64,000 bases of DNA, taken from an uncultured Rikenella sp. (lineage in GTDB: Bacteria > Bacteroidota > Bacteroidia > Bacteroidales > VadinHA17). The DNA lies in NCBI GenBank assembly GCA_964455705.1, contig CAYVYM010000004.1, positions 2,769-66,768 on the forward strand. The letters are read 5' to 3'. Position numbers and translations under genes: made by a program. Shown piece after piece: positions 10,162-18,487 of the stretch. Under the pieces are notes generated by a model. That model made no database searches. It was given only the letters and a program-made list of their open reading frames with translations, and was not told where the DNA came from. Position 1 is the stretch's first letter, and the number at the start of each line of letters is the position of its first letter.

Positions 10162-10697
10162 TCCTCTTCATTGCGCTGAGCCTGCCGGTGATTTTCTTTT
10201 CAAAGCAGAGCCTCATCGAGCCCCGTAGCCATGGATTCACCAGGTTTTTCAGCTGGGAGTGCATTCTGGCTCTGTTCGTTATCAATTATGAGATGTGGTT
10301 CAAGGATCCCTTCTCATTGAAGCAGAATATTTCATGGCTGTTGCTGATAGTATCGGCCTGGTTCGTGACCGAGGCTGCTGTCAGGCTCAATCGTGCGAGG
10401 AAGCAGGACATCGTCAGGGTTGACGAGAAGCTCTTCAGGTTTGAAAAGACCACCGAGCTGGTCACCACAGGAATCTTCAGGTACATCCGGCACCCTATGT
10501 ATTCCTCCCTGCTGCTTCTGGCATGGGGTATCTGGCTCAAGCAGCCTCTTGCCGCAACCCTGCCTGTCGCACTGCTTTCATCGTGGTTGCTGTGGCTCAC
10601 GGCTAAGCGCGACGAGCAGGTGTGCCTGAATTACTTCGGTGAGAGATACCTTGAATACATGACCCGAACCAAAAGGCTCATTCCTTTCATTCTCTAA
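10149..10697 (+). CDS. Isoprenylcysteine carboxyl methyltransferase (ICMT/PEMT) family membrane methyltransferase
   Basis: Polytopic membrane protein of 182 aa with LVTTGIFRYIRHPMYSS and the C-terminal pattern FGERYLEYMTRTKRLIPF. Confidence 0.8.
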   Translation: MDKVILFIALSLPVIFFSKQSLIEPRSHGFTRFFSWECILALFVINYEMWFKDPFSLKQNISWLLLIVSAWFVTEAAVRLNRARKQDIVRVDEKLFRFEKTTELVTTGIFRYIRHPMYSSLLLLAWGIWLKQPLAATLPVALLSSWLLWLTAKRDEQVCLNYFGERYLEYMTRTKRLIPFIL

Positions 10698-10743
10698 AAA
10701 CCTTTCAGCCAACCTGGTGCTTCAGTGAAAACAACTGCATCTG

Positions 10744-11502
10744 ATGGATAAATCAACATTTGAACTGCTTGTCCGGATCTGGACTGCCACCGCACTGATT
10801 GTCTTCCTGGCGCTTCTGTTTGTCACCGCCCCCTTCGGAAGGCATTCCAAAAGAACATGGGGTATAACAATCCCTGACAGGCTGGGCTGGATAATCATGG
10901 AGATACCGGCACCGCTGATTTTCATTACCCTGGTTATCACCGGCGATGCACCGAAGAGCATTACGGTGTGGATCATTACCGGGCTGTACCTCATGCATTA
11001 CGTCAACCGGGCACTCATCTATCCCCTGAGGATAAGAACCACGGGGAAGGTGATGCCGCTTGCGGTGGCCATGATGGCAATCTTTTTCAACTTTATCAAC
11101 GCCGGATTTCTGGGTTATTACACCGGCTCCCTCCATACACATTTCAGCAGCGAATGGTTAACTGACCCGAGATTTATTGCCGGGCTGGCTGTATTTATAG
11201 CAGGGATGGCCATCAACGTTACCTCAGATGAGAAGCTTATCAACCTGCGAAAGAAGAAGAGCAACGGATACCAGATCCCCCGGGGCGGGCTGTTTGAAAG
11301 GGTCTCATGCCCTAATTTCCTGGGTGAAATTGTTGAGTGGGGCGGCTATGCCATCCTCTGCTGGTCTCTGCCTGCCTTCTCCTTTTTTGTATGGACATTC
11401 TGCAACCTGGTGCCCAGGGCGCTTTCACATCACAAGTGGTACAGGAGTTATTTCCCGGATTATCCACGGGAAAGGCGAGCAATCTTTCCTTATATTTTGT
11501 AA
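10744..11502 (+). CDS. 3-oxo-5-alpha-steroid 4-dehydrogenase (steroid 5-alpha-reductase/DUF1295) family membrane protein
   Basis: Polytopic, 252 aa. The C-terminal motif CPNFLGEIVEWGGYAI and the ending HHKWYRSYFPDYP fit the family. Confidence 0.75.
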   Translation: MDKSTFELLVRIWTATALIVFLALLFVTAPFGRHSKRTWGITIPDRLGWIIMEIPAPLIFITLVITGDAPKSITVWIITGLYLMHYVNRALIYPLRIRTTGKVMPLAVAMMAIFFNFINAGFLGYYTGSLHTHFSSEWLTDPRFIAGLAVFIAGMAINVTSDEKLINLRKKKSNGYQIPRGGLFERVSCPNFLGEIVEWGGYAILCWSLPAFSFFVWTFCNLVPRALSHHKWYRSYFPDYPRERRAIFPYIL

Positions 11503-11526
11503 TTTGCCGTTAAAAGTGATCCCAAA

Positions 11527-12270
11527 ATGAACAACGGTTACCTTCAATACCGGCAAAGATTTTTCTGGCTCGCTGTTTTCGCGGTAGCCATGGGGTTCCT
11601 GGAAGGAATCGTGGTAGTCTATCTGCGGGAGCTTTATTACCCCGGCGGATTTGAATTCCCCCTGAAGCTAATGTCTCCCGAACTGGTAAAAATTGAATGG
11701 ATAAGGGAGATTGCAACACTTGTAATGCTGGCCAGTATAGGCATTATCACCGGAAGAAACGGCCTGCAGAGATTGTTTTATGCCCTGTTTGCCTTCGGGG
11801 TATGGGATATATTCTACTATGGGGCGCTTAAGCTGCTGACAGGATGGCCAACCTCCCTTCTCACCTGGGATCTGCTGTTTCTTATTCCGGTATCGTGGCT
11901 GGGGCCTGTGCTTGCTCCGGTGCTGAACTCCGTGACAATGATCGTGATGGCGCTTTTGTTGACAGGAAGACAGGAAAGGGGCTACTACATCAAAGTCAGC
12001 ATCTCCGACTGGATCCTCATTTTCGGCGGGGCACTGACAATCCTCTATACTTACCTGGTCGACTACACAAGACTGCTCATTGAGAGCGGGGCACTTGCAG
12101 CAAAAAGCTCGCCGGAAGCAGAGGAAAGCCTAATTTTTATGATAACAAACTATATTCCTGAAAGTTACAGGTGGCCATTGTTTATAGTCGGCGAGGTGCT
12201 GATACTGGCCGCCACAGCAAATATTTTAATCAGAAGTCGTAAATACCCCAAAGATGAAACAGTTAACTAA
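11527..12270 (+). CDS. Hypothetical polytopic membrane protein
   Basis: 247 aa with about 6-7 hydrophobic segments. I recognise no motif. It is tightly packed between neighbouring genes and overlaps the next gene by 17 nt. Confidence 0.6.
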   Translation: MNNGYLQYRQRFFWLAVFAVAMGFLEGIVVVYLRELYYPGGFEFPLKLMSPELVKIEWIREIATLVMLASIGIITGRNGLQRLFYALFAFGVWDIFYYGALKLLTGWPTSLLTWDLLFLIPVSWLGPVLAPVLNSVTMIVMALLLTGRQERGYYIKVSISDWILIFGGALTILYTYLVDYTRLLIESGALAAKSSPEAEESLIFMITNYIPESYRWPLFIVGEVLILAATANILIRSRKYPKDETVN

Positions 12271-14350
12271 CCTATTACCGTTGATTATGGTATTATTGAT
12301 TTTGCCGGGTTGCGGCGAAAAGAAAACGAAAACTTCAGACACTGACGATCCCTACCTCTGGCTTGAGGAGGTTGATAACGAGAAGGCTCTCGACTGGGCA
12401 CGCGCACAGAACAAGCTTTCGGACGAGGCTCTGACCGCACTGCCGGTCTACACTGAGCTGCGCGACAGGTACCTTGAGGTCTTCAATGACAGAGAGAGGA
12501 TCATCTACCCCGGAATCACAGGAGAGATGTCATATAACCTCTGGCAGGATGAGAAGAACGAGAGAGGCCTCTGGAGGAGAATGTCCAAGAAGGATTACCT
12601 TGAAGGAAAAGAAAAGTGGGAGACAGTACTTGATCTCGACCTCCTCTCGGCTGAGGAGGGCAGAAAATGGGTCTTCGGAGGGGCCATCTGGCTCGGGCCG
12701 GAGAACCGGTATTGTCTCCTGCGTCTCTCTGACGGGGGCAAGGATGAGGTGGTAATCCGGGAGTTTGATGCCGTGGAAAAGAGATTCGTCAACGGCGGAT
12801 TCTCCGTTGCAGAGAGCAAGGGAAGCGTTGCTTGGGTTGACATGGATCAGATTCTGGTTGCCACCAATTATGGTTCCGGTACGATGACTTCCTCAGGGTA
12901 TCCGGCAGTAGCGAAACTGTGGAAGAGAGGTGAAGATCCTGTGAATGCCGCAACACTGCACCGGACAGACACCACGAACATGGGCATCTTTGTCAGTGGA
13001 GGAGACTACAATGAAAAACAGTATGTATTTCTGAATGAGAGAATTGGTTTCTATGAATCAACCATGTCTGTGCTGACACCTGATGGCTTAAAGGCAATTG
13101 ACATACCCCGGGATGTTGAGATCAGGGGGATGTTCAGGGAGGAGTTGCTATTATACCTGCAGTCCGACTGGAATCTCAACGGGGAAATATTCAGGAGGGG
13201 AACACTGGTAAGTTTTGATCTTGCTTCCTATCTCTCTGGCAAGACATCAGTCAAGAGCATTTATGAACCCGCCGAAAGAGCAAGCCTGGCAGGAGTAATG
13301 GCAACGCGTGACTTCATCGTGGCTGCCACCATGGAGAATGTCCAGAGCAGGCTGACTATATTCCGGCCGGCGGACGGAAAATGGGTTGGTGAGGCAGTCC
13401 CTGTTCAGGAATTCGGGACGGTGGGTCTTACAGGTTCAGAGGATCAGTCGAACGACTGGTTCTTCACCTTCAGCAACCCTGTCACTCCTACGACGCTATA
13501 TTACGCTGACGGCAAGGCAATCAAAGCTATCAGGAAGCAGAAAGACTATTATGATGCTTCAGGGGTAAAGGTTAACCAGCACGAGGCCATATCAAAAGAC
13601 GGCACAACGATCCCGTACTTCATAGTGCATTCTGCTGACATGGTTCCTGACGGCAGCAATCCTACACTGATCTACGCATACGGTGGCTTCAACAGTTCCA
13701 CACGCCCCACTTACAGCTCAATCACAGGCATCGGCTGGATTGAAAAGGGAGGCGTTTATGTTATCGCCAACATACGCGGTGGAGGTGAGTTCGGTCCGGC
13801 ATGGCACCAGTCAGCACTGCGTGAAAAGAGGCAGAACGCCTATGACGATTTCTTTGCAGTGGCAGAGGATCTTATCAAAAAGAATATAACCTCACCGGAG
13901 CATATGGGTGCATACGGATGGAGCAACGGCGGCCTGCTTGCCGGGGTGGCCATGACACAGAGACCTGACCTGTACAAGGCAGTCATCATAGGTGCCCCTC
14001 TGCTGGATATGAAGCGGTATTCAAAGCTGCTGGCAGGTGCAAGCTGGATGGATGAGTACGGTGACCCGGACGTTCCGGCCGACTGGGAGTTCATAAGCAA
14101 ATACTCACCCTACCAGAATGTTAAAAAGGATGCGAAGTACCCTACCCCGCTCTTCATAACCTCCACAAGGGATGACAGGGTGCATCCGGGGCATGCCAGG
14201 AAGATGGCCGCAAAGATGATTGATATGGGCCATCCGGTTTATTATCATGAAACGATAGAGGGTGGCCACGGCGCATCTTCAACCAATTCCCAGGAGGCAG
14301 AGATGAGGGCACTGATGTTTGCCTATCTCCAAATGATGCTTATGAATTAA
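12254..14350 (+). CDS. Prolyl oligopeptidase family serine peptidase (S9), lipoprotein
   Basis: Lipobox LILPGCG. It has the nucleophile elbow GWSNGG, the Asp region TSTRDDRVHP and the His region EGGHGAS. Length is 698 aa with an N-terminal propeller region. Confidence 0.85.
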   Translation: MKQLTNLLPLIMVLLILPGCGEKKTKTSDTDDPYLWLEEVDNEKALDWARAQNKLSDEALTALPVYTELRDRYLEVFNDRERIIYPGITGEMSYNLWQDEKNERGLWRRMSKKDYLEGKEKWETVLDLDLLSAEEGRKWVFGGAIWLGPENRYCLLRLSDGGKDEVVIREFDAVEKRFVNGGFSVAESKGSVAWVDMDQILVATNYGSGTMTSSGYPAVAKLWKRGEDPVNAATLHRTDTTNMGIFVSGGDYNEKQYVFLNERIGFYESTMSVLTPDGLKAIDIPRDVEIRGMFREELLLYLQSDWNLNGEIFRRGTLVSFDLASYLSGKTSVKSIYEPAERASLAGVMATRDFIVAATMENVQSRLTIFRPADGKWVGEAVPVQEFGTVGLTGSEDQSNDWFFTFSNPVTPTTLYYADGKAIKAIRKQKDYYDASGVKVNQHEAISKDGTTIPYFIVHSADMVPDGSNPTLIYAYGGFNSSTRPTYSSITGIGWIEKGGVYVIANIRGGGEFGPAWHQSALREKRQNAYDDFFAVAEDLIKKNITSPEHMGAYGWSNGGLLAGVAMTQRPDLYKAVIIGAPLLDMKRYSKLLAGASWMDEYGDPDVPADWEFISKYSPYQNVKKDAKYPTPLFITSTRDDRVHPGHARKMAAKMIDMGHPVYYHETIEGGHGASSTNSQEAEMRALMFAYLQMMLMN

Positions 14351-14357
14351 GAATCCC

Positions 14358-14487
14358 GGAAGGCTTGGAAGAGTAAGGTCCACTGCCGGGAATAAAACGG
14401 AAGGCTGCGCTGCGGGGTAAGGAGTGTGGCTGTAAACAATATTGATGGCTGCCCTAAAGAGTAAGGAAATCGGCTGTAAATAACAGG
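14358..14487. repeat. Three degenerate tandem copies of a unit of about 44 bp
   Basis: GTAAGG recurs at 14373, 14417 and 14461, a spacing of exactly 44 bp. GGCT recurs at 14362, 14403 and 14447. Each unit ends in GC(T/C)G(T/G)(A/G)AA(C/T)AA. Confidence 0.6.
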
Positions 14488-14508
14488 AGGGTGACCATAA
14501 ATTCAAAG

Positions 14509-14542
14509 GAAGACTGCCGGATTTGGGAAGCCGGCAGTCTTC
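14509..14542 (+). terminator. Perfect 12-bp stem / 10-nt loop hairpin, possibly a terminator or RNA element
   Basis: GAAGACTGCCGG (14509-14520) pairs with CCGGCAGTCTTC (14531-14542). There is no clear U-tract afterwards, and the hairpin lies 160 nt downstream of the peptidase stop. Confidence 0.35.
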
Positions 14543-14740
14543 GTTGCATTAAAACGGACTTATGGAAAGAAAGAAAGAAGGTATTTACCCTTGTCAGTCA
14601 AATGGAAAGTTATTATGTGAATTATGAAGTTTTGATGAAGAAACAGAGAAAATCACATCTGGCCGTATCTTTTGTTTGATGAGTCTTTCACGGTGGTGAA
14701 GTGATATTTATTGCATTGTTAAGGTTGGTATAATATTTTA

Positions 14741-14748
14741 TATATTTA
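14741..14748 (+). promoter_or_regulatory. Near-consensus Bacteroidota -7 box (TATATTTA, 7 of 8 matches to TAnnTTTG)
   Basis: It sits in AT-rich DNA 43 nt upstream of the ATG at 14791 that heads the respiratory operon. Confidence 0.25.
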
Positions 14749-14790
14749 TGGAGCATGATTACGCACTCAGTTTACCTAACTAAGATTACC

Positions 14791-15135
14791 ATGACCAGTT
14801 CAAAATTAACAATTTGGATCCTTCTGTCCATTATGCTTCTCTCTGTATCTTGCGGTGGCGGGAAGAGCCAGAAGGCAGCTGAATCTCCTGCCACGTCAGC
14901 GACAATTGAGCTTTCGATTGAAGGAATGACCTGCACCGGTTGCGAGAACACCATCTGCAACGGTCTCGAGAAGCTCTCCGGTGTAACATCCGTAACGGCG
15001 TCACATACCGGGGGAAATGCAATCATCGAGTATGATCCGGGCAAAGTAGACACCGTTAAGATGAAAGAGATTGTTGACGGGTTGGGATACAAGGCCGTGA
15101 AAGCAAGTGCCGTGAAAACCGGTGGCAATGAATAA
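14791..15135 (+). CDS. Heavy-metal-associated (HMA) domain lipoprotein, putative copper chaperone
   Basis: Signal plus lipobox LLSVSCGG, the metal-binding motif GMTCTGCE, and a ferredoxin-like HMA domain of about 70 aa. The alternative upstream ATG at 14755 is less likely. Confidence 0.8.
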   Translation: MTSSKLTIWILLSIMLLSVSCGGGKSQKAAESPATSATIELSIEGMTCTGCENTICNGLEKLSGVTSVTASHTGGNAIIEYDPGKVDTVKMKEIVDGLGYKAVKASAVKTGGNE

Positions 15136-15179
15136 CAGCATCAGGTGATCATTATCTGTCTTACCACAAGCTGATAACC

Positions 15180-16157
15180 ATGTCTGAAGAAAAACAGGAG
15201 GAGGATATAAGCAAGCCTGACCTCGATAAGGTGATTGACAACTCAAGGCGTGATTTCATCAGGAAGGTCACCCTTGCAGGTGCGGTAACCGTTACTGGCG
15301 GGGCGGCACTATACTCCGGGCAACGTTTTGAGAAAGCTAAGCATCGTGAGGGAATGGTGAGGGTCCTTACCGAAGATAACCGGCTTGTTGAGATTCCTGT
15401 TGAGCAGATGCGCGATTTCAAACCTGACCTGAAGATGCTGCAGACAAGAGGCAGGGAAGGTATCCCTGGCCGGAGATGGGTCATGGTGATCGATCTCTCG
15501 AAATGCCGCAATGCCAGGAAATGTGTAGAGGCGTGCCAGAGCGCGCATCATCTGAGGCCCTATGAGTATCACATCAACACACTTGTGATGCAGGAGTCTG
15601 TTAATACTCCGAGATTTTTCATGCCCAAGCCCTGCCAGCATTGTGACAATCCGCCCTGTGTCTCAGTCTGCCCGGTTGATGCCACCTTCAAGAGACAGGA
15701 CGGGATAGTGCTTATTGACAATGTAAGGTGTATCGGATGCCGGTTCTGCATGGCAGCCTGCCCCTACTCCGCCAGGATATTCCACTGGCAGGAACCGACA
15801 CTGGCTGAGGCTGACCAGGAGAAGGAGTATGATGTCGAGCTGAACGTGCCGCAAAAGAAAGGAACAATTACCAAATGTCTCTTCAGCGCAGACAGGCTGA
15901 GGGAAGGAATGCTTCCATACTGCGTCTCTGCATGCCCCAACGGAGTCTTCTACTTCGGTGATGAATATGAAGATGCGGTGACAAACGGCACCACCAAGGA
16001 GACGGTGAGGCTGAGCGAACTTCTTGAGACAGGCGGGGCTTACCGCCTGTTGCCGGAACTCGGCACAAAACCGAGGGTCTACTACCTGCCTCCCAAGAAC
16101 AGGCTGTTTGAATTCGAGGAGGGTGAAGAGAGGGATTATACGGAAGATAAAGCATAA
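15180..16157 (+). CDS. Tat-exported 4Fe-4S multi-cluster protein (NrfC/PsrB/ActB-type)
   Basis: Twin-arginine signal SRRDFIRK. Cys clusters are CRNARKCVEAC, CQHCDNPPCVSVCP, CIGCRFCMAACP and C..CVSACP. Confidence 0.85.
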   Translation: MSEEKQEEDISKPDLDKVIDNSRRDFIRKVTLAGAVTVTGGAALYSGQRFEKAKHREGMVRVLTEDNRLVEIPVEQMRDFKPDLKMLQTRGREGIPGRRWVMVIDLSKCRNARKCVEACQSAHHLRPYEYHINTLVMQESVNTPRFFMPKPCQHCDNPPCVSVCPVDATFKRQDGIVLIDNVRCIGCRFCMAACPYSARIFHWQEPTLAEADQEKEYDVELNVPQKKGTITKCLFSADRLREGMLPYCVSACPNGVFYFGDEYEDAVTNGTTKETVRLSELLETGGAYRLLPELGTKPRVYYLPPKNRLFEFEEGEERDYTEDKA

Positions 16158-16168
16158 AAAGCATCGAT

Positions 16169-17518
16169 ATGGATGACACCCGCTTCAGTACATCAGGGGA
16201 ACAGAGAAAGATCGATTCCATTGCTGCCGATATCCTGAGGAGCGTCCGGATCAACAGGAGCTTCATCATGTGGATGGGGTTCCTCGCTACTCTCCTTGCC
16301 CTCTGTCTTTTTGCCTACGTAATCCAGCTCAGGCAAGGGCTGGGTGTGACAGGTCTGCGTGATTACACCAGCTGGGGGATGTACATCGCCAACTTCGTCT
16401 TCTTTGTGGCTACGAGCCTCGTGGGCATGCTCATCAGTTCAGTCCTGGGACTCATTGGTTATCAATGGGTTAAACCTATTTCGCGGATCGCTGAGATAAT
16501 TGCAATAGCCTTTGCTGCCGTGGCCGGACTGGTTATCATCTCTGACATGGGGCGTCCAGACAGGCTTCCATACGTCTTTATATTCGGTCGTGTGCAGTCA
16601 CCAATACTGTGGGACGTGACAGTTGTTACGACATACTTCATACTGAGCCTTCTGTTGTGGTTCTTTCCTCTTATACCTGATCTGGCTATCTCAAAAAACA
16701 GGCTGGCGGGGAGGCCTGCCTTCCTTGTAAAAGCCTATGAAATCCTCTCATTCAGGTGGGAGCATCATGAGATGCAGTACAGGATCATGAAACAGGCCAT
16801 TCGGATCCTGCTGATACTCATCATTCCTACCGCTTTTGCGATACACACCGTGACATCATGGCTCTTTGCCGTCACCCCCAGAACCGGGTGGGACAGTACA
16901 ATCTTCGGGCCCTATTTCATCTCCGGAGCCTTCGTCTCAGGTACGGCGGCAGTGATAATTGCCATGTATTTCTTCCGGAGGAGCTACAGGCTTGAAAAAT
17001 ATCTTACTGATTACCACTTTGAAAAGATTGGAAGAGTTCTGGTCCTGGTCTCAATAGTCTATTTTTATTTCAACCTTAACGAGTTTCTTGTTCCGGCGTA
17101 CAAGCTCAAGACCGGTGACGCCATCCACCTCCGGGAGCTGTTCGCCGGGCACTATGCCCCGCTCTTCTGGGGTATCCAGTTGCTTGGTCTTATCATACCG
17201 GTAATCCTGCTTCTGTTCAAAAAGATGCGGAGACCGCTGCCAATGCTGGTGATCTCCCTTTTTGTGCTCTGCGGTGCATGGTTCAAGAGATACATAATTG
17301 TTGTGCCTCCGCAGGGACACCCCAACCTCCCGATACAGGACGTACCTGTTGAATGGATTGTCTACAGGCCCACACTCATTGAGACTGCTGTTACGGTTGC
17401 TTCAATTGTGCTTGTGCTTATCATAATCACCATCCTGTCAAAGCTCTTTCCCGTGATCCCTATCTGGGAGATGGCTGAGGAGGAAGCCGATAAAGACAAA
17501 AACCATGAAAAACAGTAA
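16169..17518 (+). CDS. NrfD/PsrC/ActC-type polytopic quinone-interacting membrane subunit
   Basis: 449 aa with about ten hydrophobic segments by eye. It lies immediately downstream of the FeS subunit, the canonical NrfC-NrfD gene pairing. Confidence 0.75.
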   Translation: MDDTRFSTSGEQRKIDSIAADILRSVRINRSFIMWMGFLATLLALCLFAYVIQLRQGLGVTGLRDYTSWGMYIANFVFFVATSLVGMLISSVLGLIGYQWVKPISRIAEIIAIAFAAVAGLVIISDMGRPDRLPYVFIFGRVQSPILWDVTVVTTYFILSLLLWFFPLIPDLAISKNRLAGRPAFLVKAYEILSFRWEHHEMQYRIMKQAIRILLILIIPTAFAIHTVTSWLFAVTPRTGWDSTIFGPYFISGAFVSGTAAVIIAMYFFRRSYRLEKYLTDYHFEKIGRVLVLVSIVYFYFNLNEFLVPAYKLKTGDAIHLRELFAGHYAPLFWGIQLLGLIIPVILLLFKKMRRPLPMLVISLFVLCGAWFKRYIIVVPPQGHPNLPIQDVPVEWIVYRPTLIETAVTVASIVLVLIIITILSKLFPVIPIWEMAEEEADKDKNHEKQ

Positions 17519-17530
17519 AATAACCGGCTT

Positions 17531-18487
17531 ATGAAATATACTGTTTGCTTCTTGCTATGCATGCTGCTTATGCCATCCCTGCTGAGGGGTCAGGACTGGG
17601 TTGTACCGGAAGAGAGGAGAGGCAGGCTGAGCACTTTCCCCTTCACTGACGAAACAAGGAAAGAGGGAGAGAGGCTCTACAATATCAACTGCCTTTCATG
17701 CCACGGAACGCCCGGGAAAAACAATTACATTGCCCTCGAGCCATCTCCCGGAGACCCTGCAACGGAAAAAATACAGAGAAACAGTGACGGTGAGATATTC
17801 CATAAGGTCTCAGCCGGAAGGGGTCAGATGCCTTCATTTCGCAGTGTGGTTACCACGGAGGAGATATGGAAGATAGTCTCCTATGTGCGCGGATTTAACA
17901 GTAATTATGTTCAGAAAGTGATGCCGGTAATAACTTCAGCAGCCTATCCGGGTGCCGTAATAAGCATGACTCTTGCCTACAGTGCAGCTGATCGCCTCGT
18001 GACCATAAAAGCACTGGCAACAGATGAAGCAAAGAGTGTTCCGGTCACCAATGCCGGGGTAAGGCTCTTCGCCTCGCGTTATTTCGGGATGATGCCTGTT
18101 GATGAGGAGAAACTCACCGACAGAAACGGCGCTGCTACTTTCAGCATCCCGGCTGACTTTCCCGGTGACACCACAGGTAATGTCAGCTTCAGCGCCAAGT
18201 TCACAGATGAGGAGACCTTCGGAGTTGTTGCGAAGGACACCGTCATGAAGGCAGGAGCAGTAACCATACCCGTCAGCCTTAGGGCACAAAGGGCCATGTG
18301 GAACACTGTCCGGAAAGCGCCGGTGTGGCTGATTCTGGCCTACGGACTAGGTGTGCTTGCCGTATGGGGATTTATTTTCCTTGTGATGATGAAGCTGCGT
18401 GATATTTATACCATTGGCACCGCCCTAAGAGGCAAGCTGCCGTCATCACCCGCACAAGAAACAATAATTAAACAGGAAGAAATATGA
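17531..18487 (+). CDS. Monohaem c-type cytochrome with an extra domain and a C-terminal membrane anchor
   Basis: Signal peptide, a single CLSCH haem-binding motif, and a likely Met ligand in GRGQMPSF. A C-terminal TM helix (VWLILAYGLGVLAVWGFIFLVMM) is present. Confidence 0.85.
   Translation: MKYTVCFLLCMLLMPSLLRGQDWVVPEERRGRLSTFPFTDETRKEGERLYNINCLSCHGTPGKNNYIALEPSPGDPATEKIQRNSDGEIFHKVSAGRGQMPSFRSVVTTEEIWKIVSYVRGFNSNYVQKVMPVITSAAYPGAVISMTLAYSAADRLVTIKALATDEAKSVPVTNAGVRLFASRYFGMMPVDEEKLTDRNGAATFSIPADFPGDTTGNVSFSAKFTDEETFGVVAKDTVMKAGAVTIPVSLRAQRAMWNTVRKAPVWLILAYGLGVLAVWGFIFLVMMKLRDIYTIGTALRGKLPSSPAQETIIKQEEI

Noticed and set aside
14355-14395. A CCCGGAAGG...CCGGG stretch faintly reminiscent of the SRP (4.5S) RNA domain IV
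   Set aside because: The conserved SRP loop motifs and helix symmetry are not present. The similarity is limited to a GGAAG string inside the first repeat unit.
14358-14487. Whether the 44-bp tandem units here, or the 48-bp units at 48730-48825, could be a CRISPR array
   Set aside because: The units abut one another with no unique spacers between them. There are only two or three copies and they are degenerate. No cas genes are in the window.
14491-14679. A 62-aa GTG-initiated ORF in the large intergenic gap
   Set aside because: It reads straight through the perfect 12-bp hairpin, it starts with GTG, and it is Lys/Glu-rich with no motif. It is more likely non-coding.
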